64,000 nucleotides of DNA from Dimorphilus gyrociliatus (Eukaryota; Animalia; Annelida), in NCBI GenBank assembly GCA_904063045.1, contig CAJFCJ010000008.1, forward strand, positions 558,001-622,000. Direction: 5' to 3'. Position 1 is the first letter of the stretch. The number at the start of each line of letters is the position of its first letter. Shown piece after piece: positions 36,369 through 48,307 of this stretch. The notes beneath the pieces are model-generated. The model searched no databases. It was not told where the DNA came from and saw only the letters and a program-made list of their open reading frames with translations. The position numbers were made by a program, and so were the translations under genes.

Positions 36369-39300
36369 TCACCTTCTTGATGAATGTACAGGATCTCTTG
36401 GTGATGATGTTTTAGGGCCTATTTTGAAAAGGAAATTATTTATATATATTTTATTCAATCTTTTTCGTATTTTATTGTAATTTACCAAGTCTTCTTGGTT
36501 CCGAACCACGATTAGTGCGATTGTATGTTGGAGAATATCTGTCATCGTAACGGTCGAAACGTTGTTGATTATCGAAAAGCATTGGCATCATTGGAGGGGG
36601 AGGGGGTGGTGGCATTGGAGGTAGACCTGGAGAGACGCCAAGCTCTTCCCTGAAAACAAATATTATAAATTTTGAATTTCAAAAGTATTCAAATTACCTT
36701 AATGAATTATGTGAAGATGGTGGTCTATTATCCATCATAGGATTTTGGGGCATTGGAGGCATTGGAGGAGGAATAGGTGCCATTAATGGTGCCCTACCAC
36801 CATTTAAAGTCTCCGGTAACGTCGGCACAGGTCTTACAATATTTTCGTGTCTGCTTTCTAATTCAAGAAGTCTCTGTCTAAGAAAACTAGCTTCTGCTTT
36901 TGCTTCTTTTTCGCCTCTTTCGGCTCTTCTAGCTGATAGCCATGTTTCGTGAGCCTTTTTCTCTTGTATAGCATTTTGTCTCCTGAAATCCTGCTCCAGG
37001 TTTGTGATTTCTTTCTTCAAATCATCAACTTGTTGTTTATAAATTTCTAAAGTCTTTTCTGCCATTTCACGATCTTGCTCTTCTCGAGAAAGCATGGATG
37101 AAGCTTGCGTTCGAAGTACTTCTCTCTCTCCAATTTCACGTTGAAGGCTGGTTTCTTTTTCTTTAAAATAATTTGACAATACATCTAATTTCAGTTGAGC
37201 TTCCTCTTTTTCTCTTTTTGCCCCTCTTATCATTTCTTCTAAATCTATACATTTTTTTTTAATTTCTTCGAATTGAACTTCCATTCCTTTTCTACTTTCT
37301 ATTTCAACTTCATATTTTCTCCTCAAACTTTCATTATCCTCTTTGAATACTTTCAGTTCAGCAGAGATTTTAGCAACGTCAATAGTCTTCTCTAGCCTTT
37401 GTAATTTCTCTTTTTCTCCCAGTTCATCATCATCATCACTCGACTGAAGATTTATTATACAATCTTTAAGCACCGATATTTCATTATCTTTCGACTCAAT
37501 TGTTTCCTTTAGGGCTTCTAGTTCATTTTTTGTAATACCCAATTCTTCTTTCGAGTCATTAATTCTGTTTTAAACAAGAAGTTAATTTTATTCAACAAAC
37601 AATAAACTCAAAGTATAAAATACCTCTCTTTCCATTTATCAACATCTAACAATAGTTGATCTCTACTTTGCTGTAGAACGCTTACTTCTTCAGTCATTTG
37701 CTGAACTTGAAGTTCTAAAGTCTCCTGAGATTTATGACTTTGTTCAAACTGATTGACTTTCTCCGCAAGTTGATTTTCATAGTAACTGCTGGTATCTTTA
37801 AGTTTATGATATTCAGCTACCGTACGGTCGTATTCTTCTTTCAGTTGAACATTTTCCATGTGTTTTGCGCCAACGCTCGCTGAAATTTGCTCTACTTGTT
37901 GTTGAAGTTCGTGTATTTGAGTCTGATAGGAATGACTGTCAGCCTGAGAACGACTTAATTGCTCCTTTAGCTTAGTAACATCTCTTGAAGAAAGATTCGA
38001 TCTATTGGATAGGCTTCCAATATCAGCTTTTAGTCTATTATTCTCATCTTCGATTTGATCCTTTTCTCTTTGTAAAATATGCAATTGGTGTTCTAATTTT
38101 CGGGCAGCAGCTGCAAATAGTTAAAAACAAATGTATATTACATGCTTTTATTCTTTAGTGGATTTTTGTTCTCATAGTTAAATGAAATAGAAAAATTTCC
38201 AACCGTGTGGATCTGGTAATTTGCTTGGATTCGATTTACAAAAAACAGCTTTAGCTCCAAAGACAAAACATATCATAGTTGTTATTGAGGCCAACAGAAA
38301 TGTTCTAGGAGCGGAAAGACCAATTGGCTCGCTTGTAAAGATAAATTGCAGAACACCTGGCATCTAAGATAAAATATGATATAGTTTACATTCTTACCAA
38401 GGTCACAGGGAAATTTTGTACTTACCATTTCAATTATATTCATCATACTCCTATCTACACCTGAAAAAACACTAGCATTTACTGTAACAGTCGAGTCTGC
38501 CTCAGCTATTATCGATGGAGTAGGGGTTACAGTTTCACTATCAGCTTCAGTCGTCTTTTCAGTTGCCTCGGTTGTTTTTGTATCTGCCTCTTGTTTTAAG
38601 TTGTCGACATTGTCTTTCGACAATTCTTCACCATTATTGCTTGATTCTGAAGTCACAGGCTGGTCTGACGTACTATTTACATCAGGAACCTGAACAGGTG
38701 GTTCTATTGGTTCCTTAGTTTCGACAGTTCCTATAGTTACTTCTGGAGGAGGGGTTTCAATTGTTGTGGACTCTTCCTTAGGTATAGATTTTTCAGAAGA
38801 CGGTTGCGTATTTTCAGGAATTGTCTCTGTGCTTGGACTGGCTTTTTCGCTGGATAAAGTTTGCGAAGTGTCGGAAATATTAGCCTCTATGGATGATGGT
38901 TCAGTGTTTATACTTTGACTAGCACTTTCTATGTGAGCGGATGGATTTTCAGTTTTAAGTTCCGTTTCAGAGCTTTTGCTTTCGCTAGAAGCCTGATCAA
39001 CTTTTATAGCCTCGGTAGATTTGTCGATTCCGTTGTTTTCTGACTCGAGAGATGACGGCATTGTTGGAATAACACTAGCCTCAACCTCCTCATCTGGGGG
39101 TAAAATGGTTGTAGCTCCTTCAAGTACCATCGTAGTTGTACCGTCATTAACATGAACTTGGTCTTCCATTTGATGTGAGTTGTTTTCCTCCGGTTTATTT
39201 GAGGCTGGAACGTTCTCATTATTTTCGTTATTTTTTAATGGAGCATCTGCAACTCCAGCCTCCAATGGTTTATCATCTTTAGTTGGAGGAGGTGGAGTGG

Positions 39301-42300
39301 TATCAGTCATTGTGTTCTGTTGTGCTTCTTCTGTCGCAGTTGTCTGGGTCGAATCTGTTGATACAGATTCTAAGTTCAAGTTGGTAATGCTGGCTGTATT
39401 GTCTTGTCCGTTTTCATCAGGAACACTAGGTGACAGTGACTGATCTTCATCAAGACTATTAGTACTTTGTGATGTTACAGTTGGTTGTACGTCGGATAAA
39501 GCGTCCTGTGCAGTTTTTGATTCTAAATCGGTTGCTGGCTTTTCCGTGACCATTTCTTCAGTGTTTAAATTACTTGTTGGTTGAATCGAGGAGTCATCAG
39601 AAGGATTACCGACATCTTCTTTAACATCAGTCTTCGTCTCAGACATCTTAATATCAGCCTCAGCACCCTTTCCTCCATGTTCGTTATCAATTGCCATAGA
39701 ATTTTCAACAACTTCTTCCTCTTTAGTTGAATGTTTAGCATTTTCTTCAGTTAATATTTTTTCATCGGTCGTTGTGTCGTCGGTCATTTTTTCAATAGTT
39801 TGGGGAGTTTCCGGATTTTCCAATTCAACATTTTTTTTAGCTTCGTTTTCTAGGAGAAAAACAATGAAAGAAGAAATATTATTTTGAAGTAGAAGAAAAA
39901 AATATATAAAAATCATGTAACATAATAAGCAATCTAAAAATAGCGAAATTTTCTTAATATTCTCATATTACAAACAAATATAAAGAGAATTTAAGAAAAA
40001 TTTTCCTATAACCGTATGAAATGCTAAATTAATTCTATTAATGCCGTATTTTAAAAGGTTCCTACAAGTATTATCAAAATACATCTATAAAGCTGTACTA
40101 TAAGGATGCAAAATTCTCTCATCTAGCAACAATACTACAGGGGTGTTTGGGAAAAGGGTAACCCTTTTACTAATTATAAATATGATTAGTTATGCCTTGT
40201 AGGAAAGTATTAGAAGGAATAAGTGGTTATTTAAATCACCCTCAAATTCCGTCTTCGTTTCCGATGGAAAAGTTTCATCCGAGGTGAACTTTAATTGGTT
40301 AATGGCTGATTGTACATCTTCCGATACTTTTGCAGTTTCCTTCTTTGTTTTGTTTGCAAAATTTATAGTCTTGTTATCGACTGTTTTTTCTGGAGTTAGA
40401 GGTTTTCCTAAGGATTCTGTAGGGTCATTATTTTTTTCGAGCTCTTGTTCAGAATCCTGCTTCGCTAATTCTTCACCTTCACTTTCTTCGGCTTTTTCAA
40501 TTGACTGATCAGTTTTCGTACTGTCTTCTGCGTTCTGTTCAGTTGAAATCTCTTTCTCTTCTTCAACTTTTTTCTCCGTAGGGATCTCTATCTTTCCTTC
40601 ATCTTTTAGTTCAGTTGCATCCTCCAATTTCGTTTCCGTTAAATCGGCATTTGGCAATGTTTCGTCTTCTGATTTCGGCTCGGTTTCATCTTCCTCTGTT
40701 TCGTCCTTTTGTTCCGTCTCTCCTTCTTTCTTTGCTTTTTCTAGAAGCTCTGCTTCAATATTTGTCTCTTGTTCTAAGCTCTGTTCTGCTATGCCATCAA
40801 CATCATTTTTAAATTTCGATTCATTACCATTTTCTATTTTTCTCTGAGCTGTTTGTTCTGCATTGTCATCATCAAGTGTGTTTTGTTCACCTTCCTTCTG
40901 TCCAACGCCAAAATGATCGTCATATATTTTTTTCTTTTCTTGTAAATGTTGTTCATATTCTTTCCTAAGCATACTATTTAAATCTGTGGAACCCGTTTCA
41001 AATTATTATATAATTATATTGTTTAGTTTCTTCAAACACGTCAAATTCAAGTGAAGAGATTGTACCATTAGGCTATATATATAAAATATATATATATATA
41101 TGGAAATGGAAGAAATTATTTTTTCGTGCAAATATTTCCATACAACAAGAAAGTATAAAGAAGGATAAGAGAATATAATAAAAGCAAAACATAACAAAAA
41201 AAAAACAATAATAAACAATTAGCAAATGATAACAATGAACTTAAAGTAACTTATACATATAGTATAGATACAATGGAAAACAATAAATTTAGATTTAATA
41301 AAAAAAAGTTTATTATTTAATCTTCATTTAATTAATTACTTAAAACTTTTTCCTTTTAAACTAAATTTAAAGAAGATGAAGAAACTCTTAAATATTTCTT
41401 GTTCTTTTCATAATAAATTAATCGTTTTAAAGGAATATATTTATTTATATCCATAAAAAGAAAAAGAAATATATAAGTAAATTTTAAGAACAATGAATAA
41501 TATAATATGAATTTAGTAATATTAATGGTAAAAATTTACCTTCAATATTCTTTTCTCCTTTGTTATCAATATTTCTGGCATCTACACCTGTTTATAAAGT
41601 TTTCAATTATGATTTATGAAGAGAATATTAAAAAATATACCATATGAAATATTTATCTATTTCTGACTAGATATGGTACAACAGTATATTGTATATATAA
41701 TTAATTGAATTGATCATTAATACTAATAATATTGATACAACTATTACCCTAAAAATGTTAAAAAAGATGCAATTTAACCAAGCCAAAAAACACTATTTCT
41801 CATCTACAATGTATAGATAATAATTAAACCATTAACTACTTCTATTCTCTTAAATTTCATGCATCAAAAGAAAATATATATAAATAGATATAGATTTACA
41901 ATAGATATGAAAGAAAAAGTTTGGAATTGCATACTAAAAACATTGTATAGCATTCAAATATTATTATAGCAACATTTTTTTCAATAATTTTAAAGAAATT
42001 GTCTTTTCTTTTCTCTATCGTTAATGTTTGTCTTTAAAATTAATAAAAAAATATTATAATAAATGCCAGCTCACCGTTCGAATTACGAAAGAATGAGGTT
42101 ACACTAGACCAGATTCCTAAAAGGAAAATTAGCGGGTTTTCAGAACACATAAAAAAAAAAACAAGTTATGAAAATATTGGCCTCTTTCTCTTCGTTTTAC
42201 GATAACAAATAATTAATAGAGAAAATGATAGAAAATGTACAGAATATCATCATCACATTGAACAATCAATAGAGAGAACAATTATAAAATAATTAAGAAT

Positions 42301-43708
42301 TAACAGTTTAAGGTTTCTTAAGAATATTTTTTGAACTTTAATGAATTTTTAGTAATCGAATACTTTTTCAAGTCATTCAAGCGTAATTATTATAAATTTT
42401 TTATAAGGAACTAACCTTCTTCTTTCTTTTCATTTTCAACAGATTCGGGTTTTGTTTCTGTTGTTTTTAAATCTTTTTCTTCATTGTCCATATCAGTAAT
42501 ATCTTGTTCAGTTTTTGTTTTAGTATCCGAACTAATATCAGTTTCATCAGTTTCATCAAATTCTGTTGGATCTTCTGATTTTTTCTCTTCTTGTGTAACA
42601 TCATTACCCTTGTTTTTCATTTCCATTTGTTCATAAGTTTTTTGAGCTTCTTTTAGGAAGTCATCATCGGAATTTTTCTTATTATTGTTGTCAGTATCAC
42701 CTGGTTTGACTGTAAATGTCAAATTTTCAACAAAAACTTGTGTCTCCTTTACTAAATGTTTTTGAAAATAAGCAATTTGACCCTTGATCTAGAAATGGAA
42801 TAAAGTTACAGAAAATGAACTTTATAAATGATAGAAACTTACCAGTCCACCCCATAAATTTTGGTCTTTTCCTACACCTTTACTTAAAACTTTTATCCTA
42901 TCATTAACTTCAAAGGGTAATGAACCTTCTTGTTTATTTTGATACAATGCAATAGCTTCTGAAATCACAGCTGGGAGAAACAAACAAATTAATAATTAAT
43001 AATCTGTGTAAGATAGAATAGAAATTCATGAAAATTTCAGAATTGTATTCATAAAAGAATAAAATTTTTAAATATTTATCTATATATCATTGTATTTATT
43101 GTACATTCACCATATTTTAGATATTAATTTAATTATTTGGCATTCTTTGATTCTTTAAAGTTGAAAAAATCGATTTTTCTCTTTTAAGAATAAAATATCA
43201 ACAGATTTTTAAGTAAATATCAATTGAATTTTTATAATATTTCCTAAACCTATAGTTTATATTAATAATAATATTTACGTTTACTTTTATTAGGCAGTAA
43301 ATAATATGTACTGTTTTTATGATCAAATAAATCAAAAAGTAAATAGAATACTTGTCTATTCTTTTTTAATATATCTTAAATAACACCTAAATTAATTCAA
43401 TATCAAAAATGAAATTTGTATATAATTAGTATTCTAATTAAGATAGTTTTAACTACCATATCTTTTAATTAATATACTATGTCTTCATGGTGAATTTTAA
43501 AAAAATGTGGCCTTCGACACTTTCACACATTTGTGGCTTTCGCTGTATTTTTCATGAATTTATAATCATCAATCAATTTAAAAATCTTACTATGACATGT
43601 TGGATCGGCGCATGTTCTCGTATGTGATACTCGATCGGAAAAAACATCATAAACCAGTGAAATTAATATTAAAACGATAAATATACAACTAGAATTGCCG
43701 ACCGCCAT
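36369..43708 (-). CDS. MIA3: TANGO1/MIA3 ER-exit-site cargo receptor (signal peptide, MIA-SH3/MOTH, acidic lumenal region, TM, coiled coils, proline-rich tail), multi-exon
   Basis: Exon 1 signal peptide plus RTCADPTCH. Next exons ...LPFEVNDRIKVLSKG...LWGGLIKGQIAYFQK (SH3-like), long Glu/Thr-rich exons, hydrophobic segment near 38250-38330, coiled coils (LSNYFKEKE..LQR, IQEKKAHETWLSARRAER), PPP-rich end. Stop TGA at 36369-36371. Confidence 0.9.
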
Positions 43709-43955
43709 TTTGTCGTCTGCTTTATCAACACGTCAGCGAAAAACGCCATCTTCAGTATTTCGGAACATCGATAAAATTTCGTAGGCCTAGTAGACGACTT
43801 GCAGCTAAATTTATACTGATCCACTGCGTCGCTTTTTCAGTTGCGCTGCAAACGTTCGACTTCTCTACCTCTCATACTCCCTCTGGTATAAAAATAGAGA
43901 AAGCACTTTTTCAGTTTCATTCGAGCATAGGAACTTGCTACAAAGAAACAAAATC

Positions 43956-46305
43956 ATGGGTGGAAACGAAAATCAAAAGAAGTACAAAAGCGAAGAAGAC
44001 TTTCCAGATTTGAGCAAGCATAACAACTGGATGGCAAAATGCTTAACTCCAGAAATTTATGCTAAAATTAGAGATAGATCAACTCCAAGTGGTTATACTT
44101 TGGATCAGGTAACTATAAACTTTTTTATGTCCAGTTACTTTAAAGAAAAGAAACTATGTCAAATCTTATTAAGGAGCTGATTCCATAACGCTAGAAAAAA
44201 TATATTACAGCAGAATAGAGAAAAACTAATCTTAAGAGAAATTCCGACTTTTTTCTCTCTGCTTGTCTGTCTGTCTGTCTGTCTACATCTCTCTCTCTCT
44301 CTTTCTTTCTTTCTCTATCTAGTTTTCTAGTTTAATATTCCTTTAACGTCTCGCGATATTAGTTCATTGTTAAAGTATAAGAAAGAGCTAACCTTATCTC
44401 GCTTTTTATGACGTTTTTTTTTTCAAGGTTATAAAGGAAATGTATTAAGTTAAAAATTTCATGAAAGTAGGTTGTATTAGATGATGCGCATCGAAGGATT
44501 TAGTTTTAATAATATATAATCTCAAATGACCATTCGATCTCATTCTGAGACGGCTATGTTTTATAGAGAGAGAGAGAGAGAAGAGAGAAACTCGCTTTTA
44601 TTTCATTGACCAAACTATACAATTTACAAATTCTCTGGCAACATTAGGGGTATTAATTGCCTATCCACTCGAGCCTTTGTAGGAAACTAAGTAGGCGGAA
44701 AGAAGAAGAAGAAAAAAAAAACAACCTACAATCTTTTATTGCTTATAGATCTTTTCTAACGTTGATAAATTCCCTTAAAAGCATCATCTGTGCAACGCTA
44801 AACTTCTCTCTTCACTTTATTTACATACAAAATTCCAAGTGATATCCTATAAGATATTAAAGATTTTCTTCCTAGTAATATTTATAGAATCTATATTGTA
44901 TGTAGGGTTCTCTATCTTAATGATTAGAAATTTATTCATAATGTATTTTCTATCAAAATTTCCATTTGAGCATCTTAATTTGGTTATTTATGGTTAAGTG
45001 AAATATATAACGGTCCAGTGAATTTAACTCTAGTTATTCTAATACGTTTCTTTTCTTCTTATAATATGAGATGTGTTTGGTGTATACTGAAATATAAAAT
45101 TTTAATATTGGGATAGAAATGGCATATTGAGCTTTATAGGTCATGAATTTGGTTGATTAAGCTCCGAAGTTGTAGAAGTAAAATATTACGAAGAATTCTC
45201 TTTTACTCTTATTATTTATAGGCAATCCAAACTGGCGTTGATAATCCCGGTCATCCGTTTATCATGACAGTTGGTTGTGTTGCTGGTGATGAGGAATCCT
45301 ATGAAGTTTTCAAGGAATTGTTCGATCCAGTTATTGATGGACGTCATGGGGGTTATGGACCTGACCAGAAGCATCCATCTGACCTAGATTTCACTAAACT
45401 TGTCGGAGGTGAACTTGATTCAAACTACGTTCTCTCTTCTCGAGTTAGAACCGGAAGATCAATAAAGAACATCTGCCTTCCACCCTTTTGCACCAGAGGC
45501 GAAAGAAGATTGGTTGAAAAGGTTGTTTGCGATGCATTAGCATCGTTGAGTGGTGAATTTAAGGGCAAATACTATCCCCTGTCTAAAATGACAGAGAAAG
45601 AGCAAGATCAACTTATTGACGATCATTTTCTCTTCGATAAGCCTGTTTCTCCCCTCCTAACTTGCGCTGGAATGGCCAGAGATTGGCCTGATGCAAGAGG
45701 TATCTGGCATAATGACGAAAAGTCATTTTTAGTGTGGATAAACGAGGAAGATCATACCAGAGTTATCTCCATGCAAAAGGGAGGAAACATGAAAGAGGTT
45801 TTCAGGAGATTCTGCGAAGGTTTAACTAAAGTAGAAAATTCTATGAAGAGCAAGGGGCATCAATTTATGTGGAATCAGCATCTCGGCTACATTTTAACTT
45901 GCCCATCAAACTTGGGAACTGGATTGAGAGGGGGTGTCCATCTTAAAATACCTCATCTGTCAAAGGACGAGAAGAGATTGGATTCTATTTTGGATCTCTT
46001 GAGATTGCAGAAGAGAGGTAATCGATGTCTATATTCATTTTATCCACTCTGATTATTAATATATTACTAATATCTTTATATACAGTATATTTAATTATTT
46101 ATTAAATTCTTTAGGAACTGGTGGAGTAGATACTGCAGCTGTCGGTGGAACCTACGATATTTCGAACTCGGATAGACTTGGATTCTCCGAAGTGCAACTC
46201 GTACAATGGGTTGTTGATGGTGTTAAACTTCTTATTGAGATGGAAAAGAAATTAGAGAAGGGCGAAAAGATCGATGATCTTATTCCGAAAGAAAAGAAGA
46301 AGTAA
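43956..46305 (+). CDS. CK: Creatine kinase-type phosphagen kinase, three exons (44110-45222 is a 1.1 kb intron)
   Basis: [83 protein letters not shown]. The HPFI loop, R of RHGGY and GGVDT are creatine-kinase-type features. Confidence 0.93.
44264..44320. repeat. Compound microsatellite (TCTG)n/(CT)n/(CTTT)n in CK intron 1; a further (AG)n run near 44565-44590
   Basis: Directly visible simple repeats. Confidence 0.85.
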
Positions 46306-47572
46306 ACGAAAAAGATAACCATCTACTATGAACCCCTGCATGATTTTCAAAGGACAACCTCTTTCTTCCTTGTTAGTAGCAGAATATATGAAGTCCGGAA
46401 AATCAGGCCCACCATTCGTATTTATTGGAGTCCTTGAAAGTGTAGATTTAGTCGATAGTTGATAATTTTCTGAATCAATCGGAAGTAAATAATAATAAAA
46501 ATAATAAAAACATTTACTTCACGTTTCTCCAATAAACAAGCAAGGCTACTTTTAGCATTAAAAAAAGAATAAAAAATACACATTTTATCTCTTATTTATT
46601 CATACTGTCCTAGATTTTGAATAGTATATAGAAATATAAGAATATATAGGATTTCTCATTGACTGATGGGTAATCTTATGAAATTTTCTTTCTTATTTAT
46701 TTTAGTATTTCACTCTTTCTTCACGTCTAGTTACAATGTCAATCTTTAACAGTGTATAGGGAAATTATATTATAGGTTGATGAACTTTGGTGTTAGCGAC
46801 ACCTAGTGCTTTAAATTATCATATTACGTCATTTGATAAAATCAGATCGTTACAAAGCCCTTGTCAAATCTAGTTGATTTAAATAGATCTACAATAAGTT
46901 CAATTTTAAATATTGACGAAATAGAATGAGCTATAACTTTTTCCTTCTCCTACCATTTTATTCAAGTGTACATTAGCATCTTTGCTAATGAGGCAACAAT
47001 AGAAACAAAATAGTCATTTTAGAGAGTAGTTGTAAAACTTGATAAAACAATTCTCAAACTAATTACAATTTTGTATAATGAATTATATAAAACTCTAAAT
47101 GTTACTTGAATTAAATATCTAAAAATATCTAAACTATAGGCAACTAATTATATATATTATATAAACAGTATAAAGTTATGTGGCCCATGAAATTTAGTTG
47201 ATTTAATTATAATCTTATTGGAATAATACACTGTAACACAATTCTTTACAGCTCTTCTCATTTGCAGGCAGTTCCAATAGGCGTTGACAGTCTTAGTAAT
47301 TAAATGATAATCGTAACAATTTGCTATGTTGTTGGGTGATAAGAAAAGTCTAAGAAGATTTTTTTTTTTTTAGAGGGTCGCTGGATTTAGTTACTGATAA
47401 AAGTCGTAGCGGTAATGGATTCGGAACGAAGCGTCTATATGTGACCCAGTTTTTATTAAATCTGTTAGAAGTGAGTTCTAATTCTAACTTTATTCATCTA
47501 TATTCCATTAGAATTTTGGTTAAAAATTCTAATTCATCCATTAAACTTTGAAATAGAATTTACAAGTGGTAG

Positions 47573-47660
47573 CCATCTAAAAATATCTCATCTGTCGAAG
47601 GATGGGAAGAGATTGGATTCTATTTTGGATCTCTTGAGGTTGTAGAAGAGAGGTAATCGA
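47573..47660 (+). pseudogene. 88 bp duplicated fragment of the CK exon 2 end plus its donor site (source 45938-46025), with a CAG>TAG stop
   Basis: Hand alignment shows 7 mismatches in 88 nt. Shared core GAAGAGATTGGATTCTATTTTGGATCTCTTGAG and AGAAGAGAGGTAATCGA. Confidence 0.9.
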
Positions 47661-48117
47661 CGTTTCTAAACATCCTATATCTATTAATAATTATTATGTG
47701 CACTAAATTCCGAAAGGAGTCATAAAGTATCTATTATAACCGTCGATAGATGCTGCAATGTTCCAATCGAAGAAAATTTTGGAATATTACGTATAGAACG
47801 TCAATAAAAGGATTATCGTTCGTATTTGTTTTATTTATTTATTAAACCCTTTGTATACTACTTCCAATTTCTACAATAAATGAAATCTAAGTCATTTTTA
47901 TACGATAAATCTTTACTTTTTCATCTTTCTATCTAATCTATGAACAATATCTTAAATCTGTAATTATAATCTTAAGAAACATTAATTGTTTCAGATTGCT
48001 GCACGATTTCAATATATTTCTTCATTGCTATTCGCAATGTCAAGCTAAATATGACATATTTGTAGGCCGATGAACTGCTATATTAACGACACCTAGTTCT
48101 CAAAAATGGTGTGTTTA

Positions 48118-48150
48118 GTCATGTGATCTAAAATCAGCCGATCACGTGAC
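48118..48150. promoter_or_regulatory. Paired CLEAR/E-box-like elements upstream of NPC1
   Basis: GTCATGTGAT (48118-48127) and ATCACGTGAC (48141-48150), 160-190 bp before the NPC1 ATG. The MiT/TFE consensus is GTCACGTGAC. Confidence 0.5.
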
Positions 48151-48307
48151 ATTTTCCGCAACACAGAGACTATAGCTTCAAATACTATTGTGCTGTTTCG
48201 TTTGGATATAGTTATATTCTTAAAAATTAAAATTTAGCGACAACATCAATTAATAAAGGAGTTCTCACGAAGATTTGCTGTTTAGCCATTCGAGTGAACA
48301 ACAAACA

